Part shown: positions 37,947-48,692 of the stretch, one piece after another
Layout: every line of letters begins with the position of its first letter
How positions within the stretch are numbered: position 1 is the first letter of the stretch
Source: Gammaproteobacteria bacterium
GTDB taxonomy: Bacteria > Pseudomonadota > Gammaproteobacteria > Eutrophobiales > Eutrophobiaceae
NCBI GenBank assembly: GCA_041556555.1
Contig: JBFFIE010000001.1
Coordinates: 64,671-128,670, forward strand
Direction: 5' to 3'
DNA length: 64,000 bases
Position numbers and translations under genes: made by a program
The notes under the pieces: model-generated
What the model saw: the letters and a program-made list of their open reading frames with translations, nothing else
Told to the model about the DNA's origin: nothing
Databases searched by the model: none

Positions 37947-38969
37947 GTGACAGAACAACAACATCCCGCGCAAACTCACAGCAAAAATCTGGTGGAGATC
38001 CGCGCTCCCGGACGCTTGCATCTCGGCTTCATCGATATGCACGGTGGTCTGGGCAGGAGCTTTGGCAGTCTGGGACTGTGTCTGGATGATATCTACACTC
38101 ACCTGACGGCCCGTCCCTCCAGGGACGTCATTATTCATGGTCCATCAGGCCAGCGAGCCAGCATCTTTGCCGGCCGCATTCTGCAACATCTCGGGATAAA
38201 ACAAGGGATAGAAATTAGCATCGTTAAATCCATCCCGGAGCATGCCGGGCTGGGTTCAGGTACTCAGTTATCACTGGCAGTGGGTACGGCGATAGCTGCC
38301 CTTTACGACAAGCCAATCAGTTTGCACGAAATAGCTGCACTGATGGGACGTGGAGCCCGTTCCGGCATCGGTATCGGAGCCTTCCTGTATGGGGGATTCC
38401 TGGTCGATGGCGGCAGAGGGACAGAGACCGAAGTCCCGCCGATTATCAGTCGCCTGCCTTTCCCTGAATCCTGGCGGTTATTACTGATTCTCGATACCGC
38501 ACGCCAGGGCATGCATGGTATCTCTGAGACCAGGGCCTTCAGTGAACTGCCGCCAATGTCTGAGACCCAATCGGCATATCTGTGCCGGTTAACGCTCATG
38601 CAGCTGCTACCCGCACTGGCAGAAGGCAACTGCGAGTTGTTCGGTAACGCCATTACCGAGATCCAGTCCCATGTAGGCGATCATTTTGCCCCTGCACAAG
38701 GCGGGCGCTATTATAGCCGCCGGGTTGCCGGCGTCTTGCCCTGGCTATCCGAGCATGGCGCAACGGGGGTAGGGCAGAGCTCCTGGGGGCCCACTGGTTT
38801 CGCTCTTTTTCCGAATGAGACCAAGGCCTATCAGGCATTGAAGGGGGCGCGTGAACATTGGCAGTATGAACCCAGCTTATCCTTCAAGGTCTGTCGTGCA
38901 CGTAATCAGAAGGCTGATATCTCGGCAGAGGATGTCGCTGGGGGCAGGCAATATCTGATTAACAAATAA
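37947..38969 (+). CDS. mptG: Beta-ribofuranosylaminobenzene 5'-phosphate (RFAP) synthase, H4MPT biosynthesis
   Basis: 340-aa GHMP-kinase-like ORF with VEIRAPGRLHLGFIDMHGGLGRSFGSLG and HAGLGSGTQLSLA. GTG start. Confidence 0.8.
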   Translation: MTEQQHPAQTHSKNLVEIRAPGRLHLGFIDMHGGLGRSFGSLGLCLDDIYTHLTARPSRDVIIHGPSGQRASIFAGRILQHLGIKQGIEISIVKSIPEHAGLGSGTQLSLAVGTAIAALYDKPISLHEIAALMGRGARSGIGIGAFLYGGFLVDGGRGTETEVPPIISRLPFPESWRLLLILDTARQGMHGISETRAFSELPPMSETQSAYLCRLTLMQLLPALAEGNCELFGNAITEIQSHVGDHFAPAQGGRYYSRRVAGVLPWLSEHGATGVGQSSWGPTGFALFPNETKAYQALKGAREHWQYEPSLSFKVCRARNQKADISAEDVAGGRQYLINK

Positions 38970-39002
38970 TAACTACAAACACACTGAAGGAAATCAGTCA
39001 CA

Positions 39003-39911
39003 ATGAAAAATCCGTACTTACTTCACATGTTTAATCCTACCGATAATGTCAGTCCGTTTGACGTCAATATGGCCTATGAAGCCGAATTTGATGGTGTCAT
39101 ACCTTATGCCAATGTAACTCTCGAAGATATCCATGCCATGACACAGGATACTATTTTCTCGAGGGGACCCAGCGGTGTAAAGCGTACCGGAATTTTTATC
39201 GGTGGCAGGGAATTCGGTCTGGCCATGGATATGCTTCAGCGAGCCAAGGTTGCCATGGTCCCGCCTTTCGAAGTCTCGGTATTTGCCGACCCAAGTGGTG
39301 CGATTACGACCGCCGCCGCACTAATTGCCTGTATCGAAGTCCAGTTGAAAAAGAAAACCGGTGACAGTCTGGAAGGCAAGAGTATCCATATCTTCGGCGG
39401 CACCGGGCCGGTGGGTGTTTGCGCTGGCATTCTGGCGACCAACTGTGGGGCCAATGTCTTTCTGGTATCCCGTCGCGGCAAAAAAGTAGGCGATGAAGTA
39501 GCCGATGAATACAACAAGCGCTTCGGTGTCAATATGCAAGGTGGTGATTCCAGTTCTGATGACGCCATTCTGAAGGTAATGGAAACCTCTGATGTGGCAA
39601 TCGGTTCTGCAAAGGCAGGGCTTCAGATTTTATCGAAGGCACACCTGAAAGCGGGCAAAAAACTGCAGATTGCAGCAGATGTGAATGCCGTACCACCGGG
39701 TGGCATTGAAGGCGTGGGCGTACATGATATGGGAAAGGTCCTCGAAGATACTCCGCAAAAGGCACTGGGTATCGGGGCACTGGCCATTGGCAATGTGAAA
39801 TACAAGGTCCATTACCATATGTTTGAGCTGATGAAGACAACTGACAAGCCTCTCTATCTGGACCATGAAAAGGCGTTTGAATCAGCCAGGGAATATGCCG
39901 CCAAGAAATGA
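39003..39911 (+). CDS. mtdB: NAD(P)-dependent methylene-tetrahydromethanopterin dehydrogenase
   Basis: 302-aa ORF with LHMFNPTDNVSPFDVNMAYEAEFD... and IFGGTGPVG (Rossmann), matching the MtdA/MtdB family. Its position next to mch supports the call. Confidence 0.85.
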   Translation: MKNPYLLHMFNPTDNVSPFDVNMAYEAEFDGVIPYANVTLEDIHAMTQDTIFSRGPSGVKRTGIFIGGREFGLAMDMLQRAKVAMVPPFEVSVFADPSGAITTAAALIACIEVQLKKKTGDSLEGKSIHIFGGTGPVGVCAGILATNCGANVFLVSRRGKKVGDEVADEYNKRFGVNMQGGDSSSDDAILKVMETSDVAIGSAKAGLQILSKAHLKAGKKLQIAADVNAVPPGGIEGVGVHDMGKVLEDTPQKALGIGALAIGNVKYKVHYHMFELMKTTDKPLYLDHEKAFESAREYAAKK

Positions 39912-41016
39912 TTGCCTGATCATTTCGCAATCTGCGCGGGCACTGGCGGAATCAGCTGCCAGTTCGGCAATCCATAGCCATACCATCGATTGTTTTGCCG
40001 ACCAGGAAACAAGAACAATCGCAGACAGCTGGCGCATGCTCGGCTGTCAAGATGGGATGCTGGATTCGATGGCATTGCTCGATCTGCTGAAGGACTATGA
40101 ATCAATCCCAATCAGTCATGTGGTCACCGGCAGTGGTATGGAGGCGTGCAGTAAGGAAGTTTATGATTTCATTTCCCGCCGCTGGAGCCTTTGTGGCAAT
40201 GACTATCACACGGTTCAGTCCTGCAAGGACCCGGCAGGATTGCAACATATCCTGGAAAAGGCCGCTATCCCGACTCCCGCCATAGCGTTAGAGAGAAAGC
40301 AGAACGGCCGCTGGAAAATCAAGAAAAGGGCGGGCAGTGGTGGCGGGCATGTCCGGGATTACGTTAATGGCAGCCCGTTACCGGAAGGTTCATTTCTGCA
40401 GGAATCAATCACTGGCGCCACGTATTCCGTGGTCTTTCTCGGGAATGGTCAGGATGCCCGGTTGATAGGTGTAAATGAAACCTGGCAAACCGGGCCGGGC
40501 AGCGGAGATTACCGTTACGCCGGTACAGCCACCTGTGGCCGGATGGTGCCAGAGAGGTTATATAAGGAATTGATTAATGCGATCATAATTCTGGTCCGGG
40601 AACTACAACTCAAAGGGCTTTGTGGGTTGGATATCATCGTAACCGATGCGCAGCACTGGTATGTCCTGGAACTCAATCCACGGCCTACTGCCAGTTTTGA
40701 ACACTATGATGTGGGCAATCATCTTCTGCAAGCGCACATTCAGGCCTGCATGGGGCACCTGCCAGAGACCTATACCGAAGATGAGTGGCTCCGGGGCAGC
40801 CTGATTGTGTATGCTGACAGGGGCTTCATCATGCCTGTGCTGGATTGGCCTATATGGATCTCGGATCGCCCGCTACCAGGAACGGAAATTAACGCCGGCG
40901 AACCTGTTTGTAGCCTGAAGGCCAGGGCGGGGACACATGCAGGAATCAAAGAATTACTCGACCATCGGCAGTCAACATTTCAGCACCTACTGGAATCTGC
41001 CCGGCACGCAGCCTGA
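39895..41016 (+). CDS. ATP-grasp ligase of the H4MPT/methylofuran gene island
   Basis: The C-terminal ATP-grasp core reads [27 protein letters not shown]. The start is uncertain (ATG at 39895 overlaps the mtdB end; the ORF track gives 39865). Confidence 0.7.
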   Translation: MPPRNDCLIISQSARALAESAASSAIHSHTIDCFADQETRTIADSWRMLGCQDGMLDSMALLDLLKDYESIPISHVVTGSGMEACSKEVYDFISRRWSLCGNDYHTVQSCKDPAGLQHILEKAAIPTPAIALERKQNGRWKIKKRAGSGGGHVRDYVNGSPLPEGSFLQESITGATYSVVFLGNGQDARLIGVNETWQTGPGSGDYRYAGTATCGRMVPERLYKELINAIIILVRELQLKGLCGLDIIVTDAQHWYVLELNPRPTASFEHYDVGNHLLQAHIQACMGHLPETYTEDEWLRGSLIVYADRGFIMPVLDWPIWISDRPLPGTEINAGEPVCSLKARAGTHAGIKELLDHRQSTFQHLLESARHAA

Positions 41017-41042
41017 AACAAGAAAAAGCAAGAGAGGAAACG

Positions 41043-42026
41043 ATGCAAGAACAGAAATTACCCAGTGTGAATACGCTCACCCAGCCACTGGTTGAGTCAT
41101 TAATAAGCAACGCCATACCGCTGCGGTTGGCTGTCAGTAAACTTGAGAATGGCACCACAGTTATCGATGCCGGTATCAAGGTCGCCGGTGGTCTGGAGGC
41201 CGGTCGTCGGATTGGCGAAATCTGCATGGGCGGATTGGGTACCGTCAAGCTTCGCGCCTCAACCAATTTCGAAAACTGGTCCTGGCATCTGGATGTACAC
41301 AGTTCCAACCCGGTCATCGCCTGTCTTGCAAGCCAATATGCGGGCTGGAGTCTCTCGCATGGGGAAGGCAAGGGCGCATTCAATGCCCTTGGATCCGGGC
41401 CGGGTCGGGCCATGGGTAGCAAGGAAGAATTGTTTGCTGAACTCAAATACCGGGACGAGGCGGAACAGGCCTGTATCGTGATCGAGGCCGATGCCCTGCC
41501 ACCGGTTGAGATCGCAGACAAGATCAGCGAGCAATGTGGTCTCTTTGCCAAGCAACTGACCTTAATCATCACGCCGACCTCAAGCCTTGCAGGTTCCGTT
41601 CAGGTTGTTGCCCGGGTGCTGGAAACTGCCCTGCACAAGGTCCACGCCCTCGGATTTCATCTGGAGAACATCGTCGATGGGGCCGGAAGCGCCCCGATAT
41701 GCCCGCCTTCAAAAGACTTTATGACGGCCATGAGCCGTACCAATGATGCCATCCTGTTTGCCGGTCAGGTGCATCTGTTTGTTAACGAGGATGATGATAG
41801 TGCTGATCAACTGGCCAGGCAATTGCCCAGCAGTGCATCGGGTGATTACGGTAAACCCTTCGGTAATATCTTCAAGGACGTGGGCTATGATTTTTACAAG
41901 ATCGATCCGATGCTTTTCAGTCCTGCCAGAGTAACAGTGTCGTCATTGAAAACCGGAAACAGTTTTCATGCCGGCAAAATTGATTCAGTTCTGTTAAACA
42001 AATCATTCAGTGAAAAGTGTGGCTGA
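41043..42026 (+). CDS. mch: Methenyltetrahydromethanopterin cyclohydrolase
   Basis: 327-aa ORF with [13 protein letters not shown]...[30 protein letters not shown], matching the Mch family pattern. An RBS (GAGAGGA) lies upstream. Confidence 0.9.
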   Translation: MQEQKLPSVNTLTQPLVESLISNAIPLRLAVSKLENGTTVIDAGIKVAGGLEAGRRIGEICMGGLGTVKLRASTNFENWSWHLDVHSSNPVIACLASQYAGWSLSHGEGKGAFNALGSGPGRAMGSKEELFAELKYRDEAEQACIVIEADALPPVEIADKISEQCGLFAKQLTLIITPTSSLAGSVQVVARVLETALHKVHALGFHLENIVDGAGSAPICPPSKDFMTAMSRTNDAILFAGQVHLFVNEDDDSADQLARQLPSSASGDYGKPFGNIFKDVGYDFYKIDPMLFSPARVTVSSLKTGNSFHAGKIDSVLLNKSFSEKCG

Positions 42027-42942
42027 TCTCGTTCCACAGATAGCTATCTTCACTGATGACCCGGGCTGGCATGGCCGCGAGCTGATCAACGCGCTGGCAC
42101 AGCATGGCCTGGGTGCAAGTTATCTGTCACTGACAGAATGCGAGTTCCGGTTTGATGATGCTGGCTTGCCGGTTCATTTGCCTGGTTTCGAAGAGTGTTA
42201 TCCCATCGGAGTTTTTGTCCGTGGCGTTCCCGGGGGGACCCTGGAGCAGGTGATTCACCGGCTGGATATCCTCCATGCCCTGGCGCAGTCCGGTGTAACC
42301 GTTTACAACGAGCCACGTGCCATCGAACGAACGGTTGACAAGGCCATGACCACGTTTCTCCTCAAACAGGCTGGCCTGCCGACTCCAGCCACCTGGGTTT
42401 TTGAATCCGTCGAGACGGCGGTTCATATATATGAGAAAGAGACGGCTGCCGGTCGCAGTCTGCTTATGAAACCCCTGTTTGGATCACAGGGATTGGGCAT
42501 TCAGCGCCTCTCGAAAGAGACGCCAATGCTAATTGATGAAACATTTGCCGGTGTCTATTATCTGCAGTCGTTTGTCGAGAGAAAACAGACCGGCTGGTCA
42601 GATATCCGTGTATTTGTGATTGCTGGGAAGGCCATTGCCGCCATGCGCCGCTCCGGCCAGCACTGGATAACCAACCGGGCCCAGGGCGCGTCGTGCGAGT
42701 GCTTGCCATTGGACAGGCCGCTGTGTGATCTGGCAGAAGCGGCAGTCGACGCCGTGGCCATTGATTATGCGGGGGTCGATCTTTTGATTGATACGCAGGG
42801 TCAACTGCAGATCATTGAGGTAAACAGCATACCGGCCTGGTGGGGATTACAGTCCGTCACAGACTTTAACATCGCGGCCCAGCTGATTGATCATTTTGTC
42901 AGCAAGATCGCTCGCCGCCAGCCCCTGATATCCCAGTCCTGA
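42010..42942 (+). CDS. RimK-type ATP-grasp alpha-L-glutamate ligase (MptN-like)
   Basis: 310-aa ORF with [16 protein letters not shown]...[17 protein letters not shown]...[24 protein letters not shown], the RimK pattern. GTG start overlapping the mch end. Confidence 0.75.
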   Translation: MKSVADLVPQIAIFTDDPGWHGRELINALAQHGLGASYLSLTECEFRFDDAGLPVHLPGFEECYPIGVFVRGVPGGTLEQVIHRLDILHALAQSGVTVYNEPRAIERTVDKAMTTFLLKQAGLPTPATWVFESVETAVHIYEKETAAGRSLLMKPLFGSQGLGIQRLSKETPMLIDETFAGVYYLQSFVERKQTGWSDIRVFVIAGKAIAAMRRSGQHWITNRAQGASCECLPLDRPLCDLAEAAVDAVAIDYAGVDLLIDTQGQLQIIEVNSIPAWWGLQSVTDFNIAAQLIDHFVSKIARRQPLISQS

Positions 42943-43833
42943 ATGAGCCGCGCATTGCCACCAAGCCAGACTGAGCTGGAAGAGCTCGTGCTGGCAAGTT
43001 TCAGTCAGGAGGTTAACGCCCTCAAGCCCGGAAATGTCAGTCGCTACTCGGATGGTCATGAGATGACGGTGAAGGATTTCATGAGCAGCGCCGAGCTGGT
43101 ATCTCCGCTATTGTGCAACCGCACATTAAGCCTGGGCGAACGGGTACTGCTGTCGGTCGAAAAGACCATTGCCGCAGTGAATTGCAATACCAATCTCGGC
43201 ATGATCCTCCTGTTTGCCCCGATAGTTATGGCAGCGGAACAGGCCAGTGGTGGTGACAACACCAGTGGCAGGGAAAAGCTCGAAATTGTGCTTAAAAATT
43301 CGACATTAAATGATGCACAAATGATTTTCCAGGCGATTCGAAAAGCGAACCCCGGAGGGCTTGGACATAGCGATCAATTTGACGTACATTTAGACCCGCA
43401 ATGCAGCCTGCTGGCGGCCATGGAAGCAGCAAGAGAACGGGATAACATTGCGAAACAGTATGTTACATCGTTTAGTGATATCTTTACATTAGGTGTTGAT
43501 TCTTTGAGGGGATTCACTGAGCGATGGAATGGTGTAGAATGGGCTATTGTTGCTTGTTACCTGAATTTCCTGTCGACACAGACAGATTCTCATATAGGTC
43601 GCAAGTTCGGTAACAAGCTGGCAGAGCAGGTCAAGACCCGTGCAAAAAAGGTGTTTGACCTGTTCAAAAATAACAAGAATCCAGAGGATGCCTTTCCCAT
43701 CTTGCTGGAATTTGACAGGGAACTAAAAAGCGAAAATATCAACCCAGGCACCAGTGCGGACCTGACCGCTGCAAGTATTCTGGTTTTCATGTTGGGTGAA
43801 AAGTTTGCGGGAGGACAATTGAATGTTGTCTGA
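42943..43833 (+). CDS. Triphosphoribosyl-dephospho-CoA synthase (CitG/MdcB)-family protein of the H4MPT-linked island
   Basis: 296-aa ORF with ALKPGNVSRYSDGHEMTVKDF...NTNLGMILL...INPGTSADL, CitG-family motifs. The ATG immediately follows the upstream stop. Confidence 0.7.
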   Translation: MSRALPPSQTELEELVLASFSQEVNALKPGNVSRYSDGHEMTVKDFMSSAELVSPLLCNRTLSLGERVLLSVEKTIAAVNCNTNLGMILLFAPIVMAAEQASGGDNTSGREKLEIVLKNSTLNDAQMIFQAIRKANPGGLGHSDQFDVHLDPQCSLLAAMEAARERDNIAKQYVTSFSDIFTLGVDSLRGFTERWNGVEWAIVACYLNFLSTQTDSHIGRKFGNKLAEQVKTRAKKVFDLFKNNKNPEDAFPILLEFDRELKSENINPGTSADLTAASILVFMLGEKFAGGQLNVV

Positions 43834-43947
43834 CTGGCAAAGGTAATAAGGGGTTAACCTTATAAATTTACTTTCAAAAAACAAAGGAAAGCAGCAATGT
43901 CAATTTTGAGCAAAATATTTGGCTTTCTAACTGGAGGAGATAATAAG

Positions 43948-44460
43948 ATGGCAGTCATAGACAGAGTATTAATAGGTGAATCTTTGGTTGGTGATGGTAA
44001 CGAGGTTGCCCACATCGATTTGATTATGGGTCCCCGTGGCAGTGCGGCCGAAGCAGCATTCTGTAATGCGCTGACTAATAACAAGGATGGGTTCAGCACA
44101 TTGCTGGCTGTTGTTGCACCAAACCTGGCTTGCAAGCCCAATACCATCTTGTTCAACAAGGTAACCATCAAGGGGGCAACCCAGGCAGTCCAGATGTTTG
44201 GTCCTGCCCAGCGTGCAGTTGCCATGGCTGTGATGGATTGTGTTGAAGACGGCACCATCCCTGCCAATGAAGCCGATGATATTTTTATTTGTGTTGGCGT
44301 ATTCATTCACTGGCTGGCAGAAGACAACGACAAGATCCAGGACTACAACTATCAGGCAGTCAAGGAATCTATCAAGCGTGCAGTTGCTCGTGAGCCCAAG
44401 GCGGCTGAAGTGGTTGCCAAGAAGGGTACAGCAGATCATCCCTTCCAGGCTCATTCATAA
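43948..44460 (+). CDS. fae: Formaldehyde-activating enzyme
   Basis: [35 protein letters not shown]... is the canonical Fae N-terminus. A GGAGGA RBS precedes the ATG at 43948; the ORF track starts at 43897. Confidence 0.92.
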   Translation: MAVIDRVLIGESLVGDGNEVAHIDLIMGPRGSAAEAAFCNALTNNKDGFSTLLAVVAPNLACKPNTILFNKVTIKGATQAVQMFGPAQRAVAMAVMDCVEDGTIPANEADDIFICVGVFIHWLAEDNDKIQDYNYQAVKESIKRAVAREPKAAEVVAKKGTADHPFQAHS

Positions 44461-44515
44461 TAAAAAGAAGCTATATGCGGTCAGGCTGAAGTCATATTCG
44501 GCCTTTGCTATAACA

Positions 44516-44543
44516 ATGCCCCGCTCTGCGGGGCATTTTTTTA
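44516..44543. terminator. Rho-independent terminator after fae (shared with the convergent gene)
   Basis: ATGCCCCGCtctGCGGGGCATttttttt: a perfect 9-bp stem plus a T7 run. Confidence 0.8.
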
Positions 44544-45236
44544 TGCTTCTTGCAAGGTAAACAGGTCTTGTTCTGTAACTTCACCGCGGTGTAATGCCGT
44601 CGCCAGCAAGACACCGCTGACACCACAGTGTTTCAATTCCAGAAGTTCAGATAAGTTATGAATGCCGCCGGCAATAAATACGTTGTGATCCCGGTAAGCT
44701 GTGAGGAAATTATTCAGTAATTCCCTGTCATGACCACTTCCCGTGCCGACCCGGTCAAGGTCCATTAGTATGATGTTTTCCGGCCACTCCCGTGCCGATT
44801 CCAGTAGTGAGGTATTACCCAGCAGTCGTTTGTCCCTGAAATCTAGTGACAACACTATATCGTTATGCTGTTTTCTAATATCAGCCAGCTCCGTCTCGGT
44901 GATATTCGTTTCGCTGCCTATGATAGGAACAAGGTTTGTCATACTGGGCGATGTCCCGGTTATATTCGCTCCGGCATCCAGCCAGAACAAATACCGGGGA
45001 TATTTTGTTATCAGTTTTTCGATCACCGCGGCATTGTTTCCCTTGTTCATGATCGCATTGAGATCGGCAATATAGAATGTCTCAAAAGGGTAAAGTCCCA
45101 GAAAGCCCTGTAGAATATTGTGCGGTTGGGAACAACGACTGAGACTGGAAGTGATAGGTTGATAAGCGTTACGTTGGCCACGGATAGCGTGGACAACCTT
45201 TCCATCGAGAATATCAATGACCGGTATAATTCGCAT
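44541..45236 (-). CDS. HisA/HisF-family TIM-barrel protein of the H4MPT-linked island
   Basis: MRIIPVIDILDGKVVHAIRGQRNAYQP... is a HisA-like N-terminus. I chose the ATG at 45236 so that the gene does not overlap the divergent neighbour. Confidence 0.7.
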   Translation of the reverse strand: MRIIPVIDILDGKVVHAIRGQRNAYQPITSSLSRCSQPHNILQGFLGLYPFETFYIADLNAIMNKGNNAAVIEKLITKYPRYLFWLDAGANITGTSPSMTNLVPIIGSETNITETELADIRKQHNDIVLSLDFRDKRLLGNTSLLESAREWPENIILMDLDRVGTGSGHDRELLNNFLTAYRDHNVFIAGGIHNLSELLELKHCGVSGVLLATALHRGEVTEQDLFTLQEA

Positions 45237-45291
45237 TTCTCTTGTGTTTTTTTTATTCAGTAAACCACGATTGTGAAATCTGGGTAACCGC

Positions 45292-46263
45292 ATGCGCATT
45301 TTCGTTTATGAGTTTATCACGGGGGGTGGTTTGCTGGATAAACCGCTGCCATTTTCCCTGTTGCAGGAAGGTCACATGATGCTGACCAGTCTGCTAAAGG
45401 ATTTAATCGATAGCGGTTATAAGGACATTATCTGTATGCAAGATGACAGGGTGGAACGGCCAGACGTGGATATTGAATTTCTCCCGGCCGGCCCGAATCA
45501 TGAGAAGAAACGAGTTACATATATTGCTGACGCTGATGCTGTCTGGATCATCGCACCGGAAACCGCTGGGATCCTGCAAGGACTGGTACAGGAAGCCTGT
45601 CATTACGATTGCCTGTTGTTGGGCAGCACGGCCGAGACCATACGACTGGCCAGCAGCAAGCATGAAACACTGGACCGCTTGATTAATCACGGAATTCCCT
45701 GCGTGCCTGAGTTACACGATATTAATCCCTGGCCGCAATTGGGTTGTGTGATCAAACCTGATGATGGTGTGGGTGGAGAAGGTTGTCTCTGGTTCAGAGA
45801 GGCCGGTGAATTGCAGGATTATCTTGCGGAACAGGACAGGCAGTCATGCATTCTTCAGCCTTACACAGCCGGTGTGCCAGCCAGCCTCTCTCTATTATGC
45901 CTGGAAGGTAACTGCCGGATCCTGTCATGCAACCGCCAGTTATTCGAATTCAGTGAGGGTCGCGGGCAATTCAGAGGGGTTATCGTTAATGAACTGGCTC
46001 AGCAAAGGCCTGAGCTGGAAGATCTTTCTGTCAAATTAGTACAGGCTTTCAAGGGCTTGCGAGGTTATGTCGGCGTGGACTTGATCCTTACAGACAACGG
46101 CCCCCGGGTACTGGAGATCAATCCGAGACTGACCACAGCTTATGCCGGTCTACGGCAATCCCTTGAAATCAACCCGGCCAGGTTGATCATCAATGCGTTT
46201 CGCTCCGGAAGATTACCTGATATCGGGGCCTTATCATGTCAAGTGGTACCCATCAGGCTATAA
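45292..46263 (+). CDS. ATP-grasp ligase, MfnD-like (candidate tyramine--glutamate ligase for methylofuran synthesis)
   Basis: 323-aa ORF with MRIFVYEFITGGGLL... and GYVGVDLILTDNGPRVLEINPRLT. The MfnD assignment is from memory of the family pattern. Confidence 0.6.
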   Translation: MRIFVYEFITGGGLLDKPLPFSLLQEGHMMLTSLLKDLIDSGYKDIICMQDDRVERPDVDIEFLPAGPNHEKKRVTYIADADAVWIIAPETAGILQGLVQEACHYDCLLLGSTAETIRLASSKHETLDRLINHGIPCVPELHDINPWPQLGCVIKPDDGVGGEGCLWFREAGELQDYLAEQDRQSCILQPYTAGVPASLSLLCLEGNCRILSCNRQLFEFSEGRGQFRGVIVNELAQQRPELEDLSVKLVQAFKGLRGYVGVDLILTDNGPRVLEINPRLTTAYAGLRQSLEINPARLIINAFRSGRLPDIGALSCQVVPIRL

Positions 46264-46269
46264 TGGCGC

Positions 46270-47307
46270 ATGGTTGAGGAAAGATTTATTGGCTGGGATA
46301 TAGGGGGAGCCCATCTCAAGATGGCCGAGATCGGTCCTGCCGGTGAAATCATCAGTGTGCATCAGAGTTGTACCCCATTATGGCAGGGGATTGAGAGTCT
46401 TGGCCTGGCACTGGCCGATATAAACAAACGTGTATCCGGCAAAACACAGACACATTCATTTACGACAACGGCTGAACTGGTGGATATCTTTCCGGACCGG
46501 CGAAATGGATTAAAACAGCTCACCTGCCTGGTTTCATCATTGTACGGCGATGTGCGGACACAGTTTTATGCCGGCCAGACCGGCTGGATACCGTGCGAAC
46601 AGACAGGCCGCTATTATCAACAAATTGCATCAGCCAACTGGCACGCGACCGCGAGTTTTCTTGCCCGGGTAATCGAGGAAGGTATTCTGGTTGATATCGG
46701 CAGTACCACCACAGATATTATTCCGTTCAGGGAGCAAACTTTGCTCAATTGTGGTTATACCGATTTTGAACGACTTGCCGCCAATGAGTTGATTTATTCT
46801 GGCGTAGTGCGCACGCCGATCATGGCACTTACCGACAGGGTAACATTGTCAGGAAAATCACACCCACTGGTCGCTGAACTATTTGCTACCACGGCGGATG
46901 TTTACCGTCTTACCGATGAGTTGCGCGAACAGGATGACATGCAGGCGACTGCAGATGGTGCGGCCAAGACCCGTAATGCCAGTGCCCGCCGTCTTGCACG
47001 TATGGCAGGTTCTGACCTTGGAGACATGAGCGAAGCGGTGTGTGTGGAAATGGCAGATGACCTGGCGAACAGACAGTTACAACGGATTAAACAGGCCGTT
47101 GCTAAGATTTCAGGCAGATCCGGAATCAGTAAAAACCTGGTTGGTGCCGGTGCCGGGAAATTTCTGGTTGCCAAATTGGCAAAGGAGTGTGGTATTAATT
47201 ATATTGATTTTACTGATTTACTGGAGGCAAAGGAGGATATCAAGCCCGGAATTTCCCGATCGGCCACGGCAGTTGCCGTAGCACAGCTTGCGAGGTTGTC
47301 GACTTGA
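46270..47307 (+). CDS. Hydantoinase/ASKHA-like 'H4MPT-linked C1 transfer pathway protein' (MfnF-like)
   Basis: 345-aa ORF with FIGWDIGGAHLKMAEI...VDIGSTTTDIIP (actin-fold ATPase motifs). Its context is within the island. Confidence 0.65.
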   Translation: MVEERFIGWDIGGAHLKMAEIGPAGEIISVHQSCTPLWQGIESLGLALADINKRVSGKTQTHSFTTTAELVDIFPDRRNGLKQLTCLVSSLYGDVRTQFYAGQTGWIPCEQTGRYYQQIASANWHATASFLARVIEEGILVDIGSTTTDIIPFREQTLLNCGYTDFERLAANELIYSGVVRTPIMALTDRVTLSGKSHPLVAELFATTADVYRLTDELREQDDMQATADGAAKTRNASARRLARMAGSDLGDMSEAVCVEMADDLANRQLQRIKQAVAKISGRSGISKNLVGAGAGKFLVAKLAKECGINYIDFTDLLEAKEDIKPGISRSATAVAVAQLARLST

Positions 47308-48692
47308 GTGTCAAGTTAACCGAATTACCCTATCACCGGGATTCATCACAGCTTTTTACGCTGATTGCTCATGAACCTTGGAGTATTTTCCTGGACAGTG
47401 GCTTTCCGAACATTGATCTCGGCCGTTACGATATCCTGGCATGCCGCCCATTCATAACATTGACCACACGTGGTCAGCTAACCATGATTACTGACCCCCA
47501 AGGCAAAGAGGAACAATCGAATGTTGATCCCTTTGCGCTGGTAAAGGAATACCTGGGAGCAAAAGAAGAAAATTTTACCGGCTTGCCCTTTTGTGGTGGG
47601 GCGCTGGGTTATTTCGCCTATGATCTCGGCAGGCGCATTGAGTCTCTGCCCGTGATTGCCACTGATGACCTGCCCTTACCGGACATGGCGATCGGGATTT
47701 ATGACTGGGCGGTGGTCGTCGATCATCATCAGCGACGTAGCTGGCTCGTGGGTAATTGCCGTGATACCCGAACCATTGAACAATGGCAGGAACTGGTTCA
47801 GCTTTTTAATACACCTGTAAAAAAACAGACACCGTATTTCACACCGCGTACAGAAATTACATCTAACCTTGACAAGCCCGCTTACGAAAAAGCGTTTTGT
47901 AAAATAAAACATTACATTCATGAAGGTGATTGTTACCAGGTCAACCTGGCGCAGCGTTTCATGATAGAGGTCAGTGGTTCGCACTGGGATGCCTATACTC
48001 GTCTGCGTTCGCTTAATCCAGCACCGTTTGCCGCCTATATGCATACTCCTGATGGCGCGGTATTGAGTTCATCACCTGAACGTTTTTTGAAAGTAACGGG
48101 TGGTTTGGTTGAAACCAGGCCGATCAAGGGTACCCGTCGGCGCTCGTCCTATGCCTATGAAGACAAGGCCCTGGCGGTTGAGCTCCTGGAGAGCGAAAAG
48201 GACAGGGCTGAGAATGTCATGATTGTGGATCTACTTCGCAATGACCTTGGAAAAAATTGTATTAATGGCACAGTTTCTGTACCAAAATTATTTGCACTTG
48301 AAAGTTATGCAACTGTTCATCATCTTGTCAGTACGGTAACGGGTCAGTTGAAACCGGATCGCCACGCAGTGGATTTACTGCGTGGATGTTTCCCCGGCGG
48401 TTCGATTACCGGTGCCCCAAAACTGAGGTCGATGGAAATCATTGAAGAACTGGAACCCCATCGCCGTACCGTATATTGCGGATCCATGGGATACATCGGG
48501 TTTGATGGCAACATGGACTGCAATATTGCCATACGTACTCTGGTGCATCACCAGGACAAGATGTATTGCTGGGCAGGAGGAGGCATAATCAATGATTCAG
48601 TAATGGAATCTGAATACCAGGAATGCTATGACAAGGCGGCCGCGCTATTGAAATTGCTGGAGAAAAAACAAATAAAAGACATGGCCAGTTGA
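47304..48692 (+). CDS. pabB: Aminodeoxychorismate synthase component I
   Basis: 462-aa ORF with the chorismate-binding motifs SSSPERFL, IKGTRRR, AENVMIVDLLRND and GGSITGAPKLRSMEIIEELE. The TTG start overlaps the upstream stop. Confidence 0.85.
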   Translation: MSVKLTELPYHRDSSQLFTLIAHEPWSIFLDSGFPNIDLGRYDILACRPFITLTTRGQLTMITDPQGKEEQSNVDPFALVKEYLGAKEENFTGLPFCGGALGYFAYDLGRRIESLPVIATDDLPLPDMAIGIYDWAVVVDHHQRRSWLVGNCRDTRTIEQWQELVQLFNTPVKKQTPYFTPRTEITSNLDKPAYEKAFCKIKHYIHEGDCYQVNLAQRFMIEVSGSHWDAYTRLRSLNPAPFAAYMHTPDGAVLSSSPERFLKVTGGLVETRPIKGTRRRSSYAYEDKALAVELLESEKDRAENVMIVDLLRNDLGKNCINGTVSVPKLFALESYATVHHLVSTVTGQLKPDRHAVDLLRGCFPGGSITGAPKLRSMEIIEELEPHRRTVYCGSMGYIGFDGNMDCNIAIRTLVHHQDKMYCWAGGGIINDSVMESEYQECYDKAAALLKLLEKKQIKDMAS